A DNA stretch of 54,610 nt from Intoshia linei (GCA_001642005.1 LWCA01000103.1:1-54610); one strand, 5' to 3'. Shown: positions 37,432 to 51,834, counted from the stretch's first letter. Program-made: numbers and translations. The notes: a model not told the origin generated them from the letters alone.

Positions 37432-38184
37432 TTAAGCCTTAATTGGTTCGACAGGAATCTCCTTTACAACTTTTGGGGCTTTAACTTCTACTTCAGTTGA
37501 TATGACGTTAGCTTCCAATTCTTCAGAAAGGTAATATTGCAGAGGGTCTGGCCAAATGTCTTGATATATAACTTCGACGACATCATCGGAATTGTAGTCT
37601 TCGATACCAGTGTTTTTCTTCTCAATAAACCAATCCAAAAAACCTTGAATTGTATTTGTTGTATTTCTTGAATCAGCATATTTTTGGTCTTTCCACTCAA
37701 TCTCACAGTAAGTCTTTACTATACCCTTTGTTTTGTCCATTGTAATTTGTTTCCAAAGTTTAGTTTGAATATACGGGTTATCTCTGAAAATTAATTCGAC
37801 TCGATAATTTATCAAGTATTCCTTTTCCTCTTGAGTACTCTCGTCTGACATTTTTTCATCATGTAGAAATACAATGTTTATGTTGAAAAGGTATTCCAAC
37901 AATTTAGCATCTGAATCAGTAATCATACAGTTTATTCTAGGATGATTTAGTAATGTTTTTGTCCAGAATGACGGCAATTGTTCCAATAATGGCATTCTTT
38001 TGTTATAAAATGGAATTCGTTGAATTCTAGAATTATAGTCAATTATTTGAATTTCTTTACATGCTTTTTCATCTATATCTTCAATATCGTTTTGTATTGC
38101 CTCAATTTGTTCAATTATATTTACTTCTATATTTGAAAATTCTGCCATACAATCCATGAATTTTGCCTTTTTTGTAGTCGACAT
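37432..38184 (-). CDS. SET/TAF-I (NAP-family) histone chaperone, intronless
   Basis: EQIEAIQNDIEDIDEKACKEI, PFYNKR, LPSFWTKTLLNHP, FRDNPY, IEWK, FLDWF and IYQDIWPDPLQYYL are NAP/SET motifs. Confidence 0.9.
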   Translation of the reverse strand: MSTTKKAKFMDCMAEFSNIEVNIIEQIEAIQNDIEDIDEKACKEIQIIDYNSRIQRIPFYNKRMPLLEQLPSFWTKTLLNHPRINCMITDSDAKLLEYLFNINIVFLHDEKMSDESTQEEKEYLINYRVELIFRDNPYIQTKLWKQITMDKTKGIVKTYCEIEWKDQKYADSRNTTNTIQGFLDWFIEKKNTGIEDYNSDDVVEVIYQDIWPDPLQYYLSEELEANVISTEVEVKAPKVVKEIPVEPIKA

Positions 38185-39847
38185 TTTCTAATTTGTTTTA
38201 ATTATTACATTATGTTTTAAAATTATTACCTTAATTTCAATTATCCGGGAAAAATAAAGTGTTTAGAATACAATAATGTGAGCTTAAATTTATTGTATTT
38301 ATAATTACTATGACATTAAATGCGTTTTTTACTGAATTTTATAATCCATATTTTATAACGTACAAATTTAAACCATTACAATAATTAACCGTTGACGTAC
38401 CTGTATACGGTGTGAACTTTTTTTAAATATTAGTTGCAAAATAATTTTTAATTACATACTAAATTTCAAAAAATTATTATGTTAACAAAAAAAATTTTTT
38501 TTTTGTAAGTAGTTTTCAATTTTTTATCAGAATTTATGATTCTGCTTATCAGTAAAAGAAAAATAGAAATGATTTTTTTATTTGTGAATAACATTTACTG
38601 AATGTACTATAGTATTTTTATACCCAACTAACGAAAATGATAATATTGTGTGCCAAATTACTAAATTTTATATTGAAATGTTTCGTAAGTCAATTTTTAT
38701 TATCTTTTCTTAATTCCGTGGTGTGTTCATGTTAGTGTTATTTTAAATTTAGCGAGAAAGCTTGACCTTTAGTAGTAGTTCACCTTAATAACATAGATAT
38801 TATACCCGATAATATTATTTTTATTTTTTGGAACCAACACAGAATATGCCATGGATTGCCACCTGTACCAGGTTGTTTATATGTATAAATTTAATAATTC
38901 CATAACAATAAAATTTAAATTGTAATACAAATTGTAAAGTTTAACACAAATTAATTAACATTAAATATTTAAATTAAAAAATGAGTTTATGTAAATAGTA
39001 AATCAGTAAATATAATAAAATATAAAGACGATGTTTTGTAAGCGTAATATACACATTCCCTTTTTTAAATAAATGTATTATTCATCTGCCTTATTATAAA
39101 TACAAAATTTCAACTACAAAAATCTACGTATCCCGGTGAAAAATAATTTTTATCATCCATATTATCAACTAATATTTTTCAAATGTTTCGATTAAAATAA
39201 AAATTGAAAATGTAAATATTGATCCTACAATTTTAAAAATAAAGTGCAGGGAACATCTACATATTTCCAATAAAGAAATATGGGTGAAAATCTATATAAT
39301 TCATTCCTTCGCAATTTTTAAATTTCGAATTTTTATTTTCAAAAAATTTTTATGAAAACATTTAAATTTAGATAAGAAACTAAACAAGGAAACTAAAAAC
39401 TTTGTTAATATCATTTTTATATTAAAATCCTTTGCAATAATGGTAAAACTCGACTGAAATGTTTATAAAGTAAAGATTCAGTTAATTATTGATACACAAT
39501 TGCTATTTTTAAGTATTTATTAAATTGGTACTGAATATATGTCATCACTAGGGCAAGTAAAAGTCAGAAAAGTTAAAATTTGATATATTAAATAGTTTAA
39601 CATTTCCAGCATGATGGCACCAATATCGTCAATATTAATTGGCTAATTAAAATTTTATAAAGTTAATACGGTTAGAAAAGTTAAAATGTTTTCTAAATGT
39701 TAGAATTTTTTTAAAAGTTAATAAAGTTAGATTTTGAAATATTTAATTATTTACATGTGCAAATTGCACAAAGCAATGCACATTGTGCATTGTTTTTAAA
39801 TTTTACAAATCTGAATCTTAACCAAATTTTAATCTAATAATCAGTTA

Positions 39848-40330
39848 ATGCCTAAATTTCCAAAGTCGAGACAGAAAAAATTTATAATATTTTAAGAATA
39901 TTTTCAAATGAATTTAAAATGAAGGACGGCAGTTTAATTTTTATCAAATGCAATTGTGATATCTCATTTGAAAAATTATATTATGTGCAGAGTCATAGGT
40001 CGTCTGTTAAACACAAATCATTAAATTTGAATGATACTACTCCAATCCGTAAATATTGCAAATTAAAAAGTGATTTTGCCATTAATATAGAACTTTTTGC
40101 CTCGTTAGACCTTACACAAGTTGAACAACAAAAATTTAAAAAAATTTTTTACCAACATGGGGAAATCGCTACCATCTGAAAACAATTGTTGTGGTAAAAC
40201 CGACCAGGTATATTTGAAACAAATTGAAAAGATAAAGTCGTGTTGTAAAGATGAATTGTATTTTTGTATTGTAAGATGTATTTTTCAAAATGTTGTTTTA
40301 CTAGCAAATAAAATAGATACAGTGAAATGA
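39848..40330 (+). mobile_element. Degraded hAT/CGGBP1-like transposase N-terminus (BED-type zinc finger)
   Basis: MPKFPKSRQ...EF..KDGSLIFIKCNCDISFEKLYYVQSHRSSVKH with stops and frameshifts; the upstream repeat ~39140-39400 also occurs at ~21430-21690. Confidence 0.55.
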
Positions 40331-40909
40331 GGAAGCATTTTTGAGAAAATAGTAAATAATGTCTATAGAATGAGAAATCCAGAGAGTAAGAAAAAAAAAC
40401 AAGCTTTCTTTTATGCATTATTGGCTCCATTAGCAATTTATAAAGTACACAGTTTGATAGCCGTCAGTATAGGGTTTATATGCAATATAAATATATAATC
40501 TTTTTATAGACGAAGTTACTTTATTTTATATATTCTTAATTCAATTATACTTGTGTACCCAATTATCGAGATAATTGAAATGCATGAAAATACGGTTACA
40601 ACTGGGCACAATATAGGTAAATATACATTTTATAAATTACTGTGTGGTATTCATTCTAGCTGTGGAACTTACAGTAGAATTTGTAAACCTTTTCTATCGA
40701 ACTGGAATGGTGTCTTCACTAATATTTGTTCCAGTCAGCCAAATTGTTGTTGCGTTATTTTTTGAAGTTATCAAAAACAAGGATTCTAAAGAATAAATTA
40801 TAATAATAAAATATTTTAATTAATTGATATTTGATTGTTAGTTAGGGTAAATGATGCCTTTTTATTATAATTTTATAATCGAATGTGTATGTTTTATGTT
40901 TTATTAGAT

Positions 40910-41091
40910 CAGTGGTTTTCAACCTTTTTGTGTTCGCGACCTAAAAATTTTCTATATACTCCAAACATCTTATCAATTCACATAAATGAAAATATTAAAA
41001 AAGCATATTCAGTTTTATATATATTTTATACTGTGTTCAAATTCTCACGACCCCCCTGATAAATTTCCCGACCCCCGGTTGAAAACCACTG
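40910..41091. mobile_element. hAT-type MITE (182 bp)
   Basis: Perfect 15-bp TIRs CAGTGGTTTTCAACC/GGTTGAAAACCACTG with a perfect 8-bp TSD TATTAGAT. Confidence 0.92.
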
Positions 41092-41819
41092 TATTAGATG
41101 CACAATATTTCATTATTTATTTACGATAGATTGGATGCCTAAAATAGTTCTAATATGGAAATATATATTGTTACGGTAACTAGGATACATTTGCAAAATC
41201 GATCAATCATCTAAAAATAAAATCTCGCCGAATTTTTTTTAAAACTAAAAATGTAATCCAATGACTAGACTCTAGTCTACTACTCTACAGTCAGGGTAGA
41301 CTGTATTGTATCTTAGTTATTAATTGTGTATATTAATATGTTTCAAAATTGTACGTATTTATAATTATATGTAATGCATATAGTATTGTATATGCAAAAA
41401 ATAAAAGAAAATTTGAGCAAATATTAGCTAATTAATTATAAATAATACGTTTATTCGATTTCGTGGGCCGCATACTATTATATAACTGGCCGTAGTTTGC
41501 CACCCGTGGAATAGAGTATAGAATAGTGATCCAATTTACTATTACAATTTAGTATTTACCCACGAGTGGATAATTTGATATTTTTATTTTTTTGCTTCGC
41601 ATGCACAGTAGAGTTCTGCAACTCGATCAGAATACGAACTTCGGATCGTGTTGAAACATTTTTTATATTTAGTGTTCACATTTTGTTTACAAAGTTTAAT
41701 TATTGGTTTAGTGTATGTAGCTTACATGAAAATTAAATTAAATGGTTAATAAAAAATTTTTATTGTATCTTAAAAATTGTCATAAAATAATAATTTATTT
41801 TGAATATTTGACTTTCAAA

Positions 41820-43155
41820 AATGTATAATATTCTTTCTAAACAAACGATGCATTGTTCCATATTGCATAGTTTACTTTTTCCATAATAAGCCCTACTTAT
41901 GACATCTTTATTTTAATTTATGAATTGAGTATAACCATCAAAATTTGTGCAATTCGAATTTAAACATAAGTATAAATCATTACATTTACGATTTACAACC
42001 AAATTGATACTTGATGCATATAAACTTTGATCTTTACTACACTGCTAGAAAAACGTTTGGGACTGTAACATATCACAACTCATGTTAATCACAATTTATA
42101 AAATATTATATAAATACAGTTGTTAAAATCATTTATATATATCGAAAATTTATGGGGAATTCTTTCAAGGGATATATACTCACACAATAAACAATATTCA
42201 TCATTAAAAGATCTCAAATTATCCATTATAGCAGCATGGGCAATATTAAACAAGATGTAATTAATAGCCTCATTAATTCGATGCCAAATCGAATTTTTAA
42301 ACTTATTAAAAAAAACGGATGTTGTACCCATTATTAAAACATAATCATTTCATTATCATTAACATTAAGCTATTTTAACTCAATTGTCCTCAACTTTTTT
42401 CCAATAGAATTGTTGAAGATTTTCGTTAAATTTGATTAATTAAGCATAAGTTTTAATTAAAGTTTTTTTTATGTTATTAAATCGAGCAATATATTAGTTG
42501 TGATTAAAATATTATTTCGAAATGGCATATTTCGATTATTTTAAGGTTTTAGAATACTTTCTGTAAATTTCCTAAACTTTTTTCTAGCAGTGTATATAAT
42601 TTCCAATAATGCGATTTTATTAATTTTTTTATTACGAAACAATTCTCCTCAAGTTGACCGTAATAGGCTAATTCTATTGATTCTAAATCCATACATTTTA
42701 AATTGTAATGAAATAAGTTGCAAAAACTACCCAGATCTATTTTCATAGATTTTGTTTTTTAAGGTCGGTTGAAAATTATTTGTAATTTCCATGAAAAGTT
42801 TGTGCCTACTTTTACATTTTTGAAAAATTACTGTACATGTCGCAGTTCTATTAATTTTAAAAAATGTTTTTTTTTGAAAATTGTCTTTACCGGATAAATT
42901 TGTCAATATAATCGCATTATAATTTTCAGTTGCCTTATAGTGATCATTCAAAAGTTTGATCGTATTTGATTGTATGATCCATCAAATCGGTTTTGATTGG
43001 GAAAACATAGTGTAGAGTAAATTGTTTCTAATGCAAACTTGATAGACTCTGCCACCTTGGAAGGTTTGCACTGTTTAGGTGTAATGGTCGTATTATCGCA
43101 CATACCCCATTTTAATGTAATTATTAATAATATTGAATAGTGTATCCTTTTCATT
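41820..43155 (-). pseudogene. Frameshifted paralogue of the 44560 secreted protein, interrupted by a Tc1-like relic
   Basis: Three consecutive ORFs in different frames align with the 44560 protein: FALETIYSTLC/EAFETIFAAVC; CTVIFQKCKSRHKLFMEITNNF/CFNILKNSKIRRKSIMNYIVNDF; KCMDLESIELAYYGQLEENC/KCIENEALAVAYSGSLVEYC. A signal peptide is present. Confidence 0.7.
42141..42337 (+). mobile_element. Tc1/Tc3-like transposase C-terminal relic
   Basis: IENLWGILSRDIY...DLKLSIIAAW, then a frameshift, then NSLINSMPNRIFKLIKKNGCCTHY*. Confidence 0.8.
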
Positions 43156-44559
43156 TTAAGTGAATATTTTAGTAGTTTCGTTATTAACAATGTTTAATAA
43201 TTATAATTATTATAATAAAATAAATTCATATAATAATGTTATACATCCGTTGTTTTTTATTACGTTAATGAGAAATTAATACCTATTAATCAAATCATTT
43301 TTTATACATTTTTTTATTTTTCAGGGATGCATTTAAACTTAAATATTAGTGAATTTTTAGTCCTGAGTCAGGATATGGTTTTCAATTATAATGAAAATAT
43401 TACCATAAATCACATTATAAAAATTTGTACATTAAATTCAGGTAATCCTATATTAGACTTTATTACTGGGCAGTGGCGTGCTGATGTTAGTGATTGTGAT
43501 TTCCCGGAAAATTTTAAAAGTCGAAAACTGGAAATTCCCGGTAAATATAAAAAAACTATTCAATATTTCAATGTAATATGCAATCTAGTATTACAGGAGC
43601 GCCACATTAATGAGATTGATAAAGTTGTACATTGTACATAATTATACAATTGAAAATGAAAATTGGGATTGAGAAATAAGTAAGTAAATGGATTCTATTC
43701 ATTACCTTTTTTTTTTTTATAAAATCAAAGTCAAAGAAGATAACATTAACCTGGCAGAATATAGATTAATATATTTTGATATTTTAAATGAAATGCAGGC
43801 TTATTTATCTATCAAGGGACCAATTTTAAAAAGTGATTTTTTGAATTATGATTTTAATTCTGCTGAACACTTATAAATAAGAATAATAACATTACATATA
43901 AAATGTTATATTAAGTCTCAATTTCTCGAGTCTATATACTTGTCTGTAAAAATGATACGAAATATGTATAATGCATTGATTAAAATTAATATGAATTATA
44001 ATAGACTTAATATGGTCTTGTTAAAATCAATAAAACTATTAAATCATTATCTTGTTTCTAATTATATTTTTATAAATATTTGTTATGTATGAAAGATTAT
44101 AATTTTTGACTGTGGGATATTTTTTTACTTGATTAATTGTATAATATAAAAAAAGTTTTATTGTAATATTAATTGATTATTCATTTGATTATAATGCATT
44201 TAACCAGAAAATAAACTATAAAAGTTATTTGTATGATTGTAATTTAATGGACTCAACAAAACTAAATATAGTTTATTTGGTTTAAATTATACTCATTTTC
44301 AACATATTAGATAATAGGAAATTGAATTATTGTCAAGTAGCTACATGTATGTTTATGAATTACATAGTTAATCATATAATTCAGATATTCGAGACAATGT
44401 CAATTTATTGAAAATATACATTCATGTCAATATAAAGCTATTATTTTACAGTCTATTTTAATGCTAAAATATAATTTAATGAACCAATGGCTTTACAATT
44501 ATTGTGCTAATAAATAAAAATAAATTGAAAAAAATTCACTCTTATTTAAATCGCTTAAA

Positions 44560-46493
44560 ATGAAACTGGGATTTTCTGTTATATATGGCATCAATATGTT
44601 ATGGTTATGTTGTTGTAGCCAGTACAGAACTTACAATAGAGAACATTCAAAAAATAAAATAATGTCCATATGTTTAAATGAAGCATTTGAAACAATATTC
44701 GCAGCAGTTTGTGATGGGCCACTTTTTAAAGTAAATTATCAAACCTCTATAGATACTTTTATAGACGTTGAAACAAGAAGATTGTATCCTAACCTACATA
44801 GAATAGAAGATTATGATGACGACAGTTCTTTTTGTCCGTCCACATCCATGAATAAGAAAATTTGTTTTAACATTTTAAAAAATTCTAAAATAAGGCGTAA
44901 GAGTATCATGAATTATATTGTAAATGATTTCAGGTTGGCGATTGATATTTTATGCCGTCCACATCAGAAAGTGAAACCGAGGCTTCAAATGTATTGCCAG
45001 GGACATGAGTATTACTCCAAATGTATTGAAAATGAAGCTCTGGCTGTAGCATACTCTGGTAGCCTGGTTGAGTATTGCTCAATTTTGAATAATGCCATTA
45101 ACTGTATGCAAAAAGAATCGGAAAGTTTTCCAACGCTAAAGAATGTTGTTTTAAACAAAAACCTTAGAATTATTTTAATTGAGTTGGCCTCTAAAACTCA
45201 ATGCAACGTTATTAATCCGTGTGTATATAATCCATGCTACAATGGAGGGCAATGCGAATATAAACTTAGTTTTGGAAAACACCAATTACAATGTACATGT
45301 CCTCCATGCTATGTAGGTGAATTTTGCCAAGAATATTCACCATTATATATGGATGTAGAATTAATAGAATATACTCAAGTTAAAAGTGACGAAACTTCTC
45401 AATTTTACCAAGGAATAGCCAAACAGTGCAATTTCATTCAATACATGATATGTATGAAAAGATCAGCTGAATCGTTAATAGATGAAATATTACTAGAGTT
45501 AACTATTGGAAAACCCCATGTCGAGAAAATAATAATGAAACAAATTCACGCCAATATATGTAAAAAAATTGAATCGTTTAAAAATTGTCTACATTATTTT
45601 GGACACGCCTGCAGGAGCACGTCGTATTCGTCTACGTTTAAAATAATTGAAATTTTAATGAATGAAATAACTTCTCTATGTATCGACGATGTGAAATTTG
45701 AGAAATTATTAAATATACCTACATGTTTAACCGGTATTGCAGTTGGTCAAAACTCATCAAATAAAATTCAAATTCAAAAATGTGTCGTGCCAATAGTAAT
45801 GAAAATGCAAAACCTTCGGTTGGGAACACCAACTATACCGTATTTATTCAATTTACATGAAATATTACACAATTCATTTACATGCTTAAGAAAATATCTA
45901 CCCGATTGTATTAAAGAATCTTTGGAAGGCGTTTTAGATACAGTTGTTAAAATATTACATGAAACTGCACCGATTAATCATGTCTGCTTAGATGCCAAAA
46001 GATGCATTATCAAGTATGATATTTTGATTTATGGTGGTAGCAGAAGTCCTTTTAATCCCATTATAAAAATACAAAATTTAACATATTTTTACGAAGTATA
46101 CGAAGAAACTCAGGATTGTATATATGAAAATATACACTTAGACCAAACATGCAATAGTGATGAAATTGCGGAAGTATTTTCATTTCTTTGGGCTAGAAAG
46201 ATTAGCTTATTGAGTATATTCCAAGAGAAAAGTCTACATCCATGTTACAAAAAAAATCCTTGCAAAAAGGGAACATGCATTCGTGAAAAATATAATAAAT
46301 ATTATTGTAAAACTGGTAACACAAATCAGAACAATACAATTTTTGAACAAAATCATATGTTTTCCAACTGCATTTATCAAGCTCAAGCAATGATTGATAT
46401 TATTATTCATCCTATTTGTAAAGATGGTGATATTGAAGACCAATCAAGTCAGTTTTATCAATGCATATTTTTACAACTTCCCGATTATTGTAC
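44560..46493 (+). CDS. Secreted Cys-rich protein with EGF-like domains (first large exon; continues after a GTAAGT donor near 46494)
   Basis: N-terminal hydrophobic signal peptide; EGF NPCVYNPCYNGGQC...CTCPPCYVGEFC; partial EGF HPCYKKNPCKKGTC...YYC; intervening Cys-spaced helical segments. Confidence 0.75.
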
Positions 46494-47559
46494 GTAAGTC
46501 ATTTAATAATCAAATCAAGACTGCAAATGTAATCTCTACTTGCACATGTGTGAGTAAATATAACATTTTTTGAGTATTGGAGACGGGCATGGGTGGGCCA
46601 AATCAAAAATTTTAAAATTAACAATTGACTATTTACTGTTTTTTTTGTTTACAATTTTTAACTGATTTTTTTGATTTTGATAATTTTTGTTTTACATTGT
46701 ACATTAGGGCTATTCCAATTTGGACTTTGTTTTGAAATTTAAAAAAGACATGTATATAATAATATCCATTTCATTTGCTGCAGAATGATATAATTTTTTT
46801 TTATTTTTGTCATAAAAAACCTCGCGTCTTTACTTTTTTCTGTTTTCCTAACATTTTTCATAGTAATCATTTTCCGTATTTTAAGATATAACATAGATCA
46901 TGTGACACTAATCATATTAATTAAAAAACATCAATAAAAAATCGTTTATTTTAGACACAGTTCACGGACAAACTTTTCGTCGTTTTTAAAAAAAATCAAT
47001 ATAAATAAATTTTACATCATAAAAATGTATAAATTCGTAGGTTATCACTTGAGTAAACTTTATTATAATATACAGATTGACTTAGTCACAATTGCGTTCC
47101 TTTAAATTTTTTGCGCATAGAGCTGAACCTATCCAACCTGAAAAATTAAGTCTAAAAAAATTGTTCATAAACTAGGCATAGTGGCATGGCCTTAACGACC
47201 TCTCTTAGTCTCTTGAGTTGATATTATAAATTTAAAACTTAATATACCTATGATATTCAAGAATATAATTTATTAATGCTTAATTTGGAAAAATAAACCC
47301 TTTTTACAAAATTTTCATCGATGTCCCCAAAGAGAGGTTTTGGGTATGCCGCAAAATAAATATTTTGAAATACAGTAATGTAGTTCCAGAAATGTTAAAT
47401 AACATGATTATAATAATTATTTTCTGGGTAACATGACTTTTTAAAAAGTATCCTTTTGATCAGCCATCAACAGGTTTATTTTAAAATTTTGAGATCTCTT
47501 AATCAAGTGACTGCTGTTGTTCATAAATTTTATAAATACAATTTAAATTTAAATTAAAT

Positions 47560-48560
47560 GTTAGAATCAAATTCAATAAATTGTTTAAAATGTGAAAATA
47601 CGAGTTATGATCAAGATTATATAAACAGTCGAAATAATTATTTAAAAGAGTTGGAAGTAGTTTATGAAAATTTATTTGGTAGAGGACACAAAGATGGTAT
47701 ATTAAAATTTTGATGTTTAAGATTTTTTTTAAACATTATTTTATTTTTTACTAGCTTGACTGTTATGTATTTTAATTTTAAGACAGAATTGGATTTATTA
47801 TAGACAATGAGTGTATGATCTTAACAGTAAACAAATAACAAGAAAATTTTTTTATTTTTTTTCCTCACTTTTCAAACATTAAATATATTATACAATATTA
47901 GGACATCTCAGAGTTTTGTGCATTTGTTTTAAGCCGACCAACTTTTGATCGACAGAAAATTTTGGATGTTTTTACGTACATAATTACACATGACAGCAAA
48001 AATTTAATTAAAAATTAAAATTTAAAAACTACATTTGAGCAAAGTTATATAGATAAAATTACAAAAGAAGAAGATGCCATTTTAAATCCATTTTTAAAAA
48101 GATATCAAGAAATGATACATGTTAGGAATAATAAAATATTTTGGTTAATCAATCAATACAATTGTGGAATTGATGAGTCTATATATGCATATTATATTGA
48201 TTTATTCGATATGGAACAAGAGTAAATTTATTAATTAATTAATTGTAATTACAATTATCATTAATATTTAATTATTTTTTTAGATTTTTCTTTGGTCTTT
48301 ATTCCGGGGATGCGGGATTGTTATATTTTAAGCTAGCTTCTTACTACTCTCATATTAGTTTAGAAAAAGCTACTTCATTTTTATACAAGGTAACATATTA
48401 CTATTTTACCTATATGTCAAATAAAATTAATTATTTACAACTACACACTAATGTAAAAAACTGTAATTTTATGAAATGATGGTTAACCTAATTTACTTTT
48501 AAATTCGTACTTCAGGTCACCCTATGAAAGGAAGATTATGAAGTTGTTACGTTTAATTTT
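47560..48560 (+). CDS. Fragments of a multi-exon gene with TPR-like helices (boundaries uncertain)
   Basis: Phase-consistent exons ...YYIDLFDMEQE|FFFGLYSGDAGLLYFKLASYYSHISLEKATSFLYK and LEVVYENLFGRGHKD resemble TPR-type helical repeats; full model not resolved. Confidence 0.35.
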
Positions 48561-48997
48561 AGTTTAAAATTTATTTTAGTCAAGAAAATGTTTTGGATTT
48601 CTACCAAAAACCTATCAAATACACGAAAAAATTGACTATTATTTAAATATGTTGAAATAATATTAAAATAAAATTGTTGAAAGATTAATTGTTTTATTAA
48701 ACATTACATTTATTTTACTAATTACATCTTTAATAATCTTTAACTAAATGTTTTTAAAGGGCCAATATTAAAATTTATTTATGTAAAGGTTCACTCCTCC
48801 TCTCAGAGGTTGGACTCAGAATGCTGAATAATAACTATATTTTAGGGGACCTAGATTTGGATGAAATACCTCTTGTTAAAATTTCTTAAGTACATTTTCA
48901 ATTTTATTTGAAATATTTGAAAAAATTGTATATATGTCAGAATAATCTTTTTTTTTAATTTTTGGACTTAATTATTTCACATTTTTTGTTTGTTAAT

Positions 48998-49454
48998 AAA
49001 ATATTTCGAAAAAAAATATATGAATACTAAAGTGCTTTTTTGATCGTCAAGTCGTCACTTATTCGGATTGAAAATTTTTTTGTGTGATAACAGAATACAA
49101 CTGTACCACCTGTAATTTTTTTAAATTCTAGGGCTGTTTTTATAAAAAAAAGTAATTTGGGGTTTTGGTCCTGAAGATATAATTTTTTTAAATTTATGAT
49201 AATGTTTATGATTTTAAAATCTGTATCAGCGTATATATTTTTTTAAATTCTCCAACTCGTTTGATTTTACAAAAAAAGGACAATTTGGGTTTTTGACCCG
49301 TAAGATGTGAGTTTGGGAGGTTGATATTTATGTTATTATCACCCCGGAAAAACTGTAATTGAAATGTAGACTTTATATATTTTTAAGACTGGTAGTTATT
49401 AAAATAAAGTGGAACACACACACAAACCAATATTGCGTCGCATATTATATAATT
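48998..49454 (-). repeat. Helitron-like family copy
   Basis: Direct repeat of 1-478, e.g. TTTTGACCCGTAAGATGTGAGTTTGGGAGGTTGA in both. Confidence 0.8.
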
Positions 49455-49859
49455 ATCTCCCTGATCTGCCAATTTGCTTATCACTTAAAAATATATTTAG
49501 AATTCAATAAATGTTTAATCACTATTTGAAGTACAAATTAATATAATACAGTGCAATACAATCAAAAGTTAAAATGGTCCGTATGTGAGGAACCACTGCC
49601 CTAATAATTACTGAAGTCTACATTTTGCAGTATTACTGTTTGGTTATTTAGAAAATTAGTGACATTTACAAAATGTTCAAGAATCAAAATCGTCTTTATT
49701 CAATATTTTAACAGTATCGATTCTTGAAAAATTCGGAATACTAACCATTCTCGATTCAATTAATCTTCCATCAATATAATCATGCGTTATTGACAGTAAA
49801 GTTAATTTCAGAGGTTGAAATAAAGTGTCTAAGAATAACCTAATAATAATAAAGTAAAC

Positions 49860-51767
49860 TAAAATTTATTTACAAACATGTATACACATTATTAACAGGA
49901 TTCTGAATCAGAATTAGAACCATAACAAACGAGTGACGATTCTGTAAATCTAGAAATTCATTATTAAATTTATATAAAAAAAAACTTTTTTTTTGGAGCA
50001 ATACACGAAGACAATAATTTTCTTTGTAAACTTGACTTTTTGGAAGCTTCAGTGTTTAAAATCTGGTCAATGTCTATTAGAGCGTCGTCGTCAAATTGAG
50101 TTTTAACTACATTGTTCTAGAAATGTACATTTATTATATTATATTGAAACTAACATTTTCATTTATATATGTTACCGTCCGTTTGAAGAATCACTGATTC
50201 TGCAGAATGGCTAAATCAGTCATTTTATTATTTCAGGCAGTATAAAGAACATTTCATCTAATTTTAAATTTTTTCGATATCTGAAGGAAAAATTCATTTT
50301 ACTTTTACATCCTTACTTATATAAAATTTAGTGTTTCTGTTAACGTTTAATTAAAAAATTAAGTCCCAGAATTTAAAAAACCCAATTACTAATACAGTTG
50401 ATCAAAGATTATACATTTATTTTCCGAAATTAAGTCCTTTAGTGTCAATAACACAAATGGACCTTTTTTATGATTAAATGAATGCTAGAATTTAAAAAAA
50501 ATAAATTCTGTGAATCTTTTTAAAAGTATTAACATTATAGTAAGTATTTGTGCTAGCTGTTGTTGATACCAAGTCAGTTAATTATAGGTTTTCTTAAATG
50601 CCGTCTACATACAAAAACTGTCAAGCTTCAATTAAGTTCGACTTCACGTATCAGTACAATGCTAATGTAAAGAAAAAAGAATAAACTTGTGCTTTACGGT
50701 ATCATACTCGCCTGTTTTAACAAAACTGCCAAACCTACTGCACCCCTTTACTTTTTTTTGCAATTTTACAATAACCTTATTTGATGTTAAAATAATTAAC
50801 ATAAACCCCATAAATTGGTATCGTGATAATAATATATTATTGAGTCAACGATGTCTAATATTATTAGTCTATTCCTAGGGAAATATGAACGTTCGTTCTT
50901 GAAATTACTTTAATTTCATCAAATAGAGCTTCATTTTCAAGTTCAATTTCATTTTGCTTCATTTGTTGCTTTTTGACAATTTCTTTTAAATAATCTGAGT
51001 CTTCCAATGCACAAACACGCATATCACTGTCTAGTCTATAAAATATATAAAAAATGTTTATTCACTCAAAATTGCGTGATCCTGTGTATCTTCTTGGTTT
51101 TTCATTCGTAGTAACTGTTCAGCAGATACAGTTTTGTCAACCAAAATTTTTGTTTTTTCTATAATAAAAATTTAAATATAGTGGAAATATTGTATCCTTA
51201 CATTTTTATGTATACAGTACTTTTTAGTGATACTATACTAAAAGTATCGAATTAAGCCCTTAATCAGTTCTCATCAATCTGGGTGGTGTGAGATACTTTT
51301 AAATTATTTTATCAACTATTATATTTTGAGACATTTTACCATTCGGCATCTTAAAAAAATTAAAAATACTTTTAGGAAGTGTGAAGTGAAACAAAATTTG
51401 ATGATCACCGCAGTAACGTTTGATAGAGTGGGTTTTTAACATATCGTTCGATAAAAGTGGATTCATTATTCAAGGTTTAGAATATTCCGATTTTTGATAT
51501 AGGGGTTAATACAACTAACTTTTTTTACAACTTTTTCATTGCATTCTAATCTGATCTTTCTAAAATGATGGTGCTCTCGACGATCAAATTTACCAGAAAA
51601 TGCTTATAAAAAAATTAAAATGAATATAAATTTAGTTCTCAGAGCTGAATATACAAAGTTACATCTATTAAATACGATAATGATGCTATAAATACAATAA
51701 TACTATGATTACCTGGCTCTCCATATCTCACTTTATCCCATTCTTCTTTTCTTCTGCGGTCAGCCAT
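49860..51767 (-). CDS. Hypothetical multi-exon gene (charged/coiled-coil protein)
   Basis: First exon MADRRRKEEWDKVRYGEP (ATG at 51767, GT donor), followed by spliceable exons AFSGKFDRREHHHFRKIRLECNEKVVKK and DMRVCALEDSDYLKEIVKKQQMKQNEIELENEALFDEIK. Confidence 0.55.
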
Positions 51768-51834
51768 AAGTTAAAATATATAATTAAAAAAAAGTTTGTT
51801 TCAAATTAAAATAAGTTTTTTTTTTAAAGTTGAA

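Noticed and set aside
43327-43876. Two short plus-strand ORFs between the duplicated secreted-protein genes
   Set aside because: Possibly decayed exons, but no convincing alignment to neighbouring proteins by eye.
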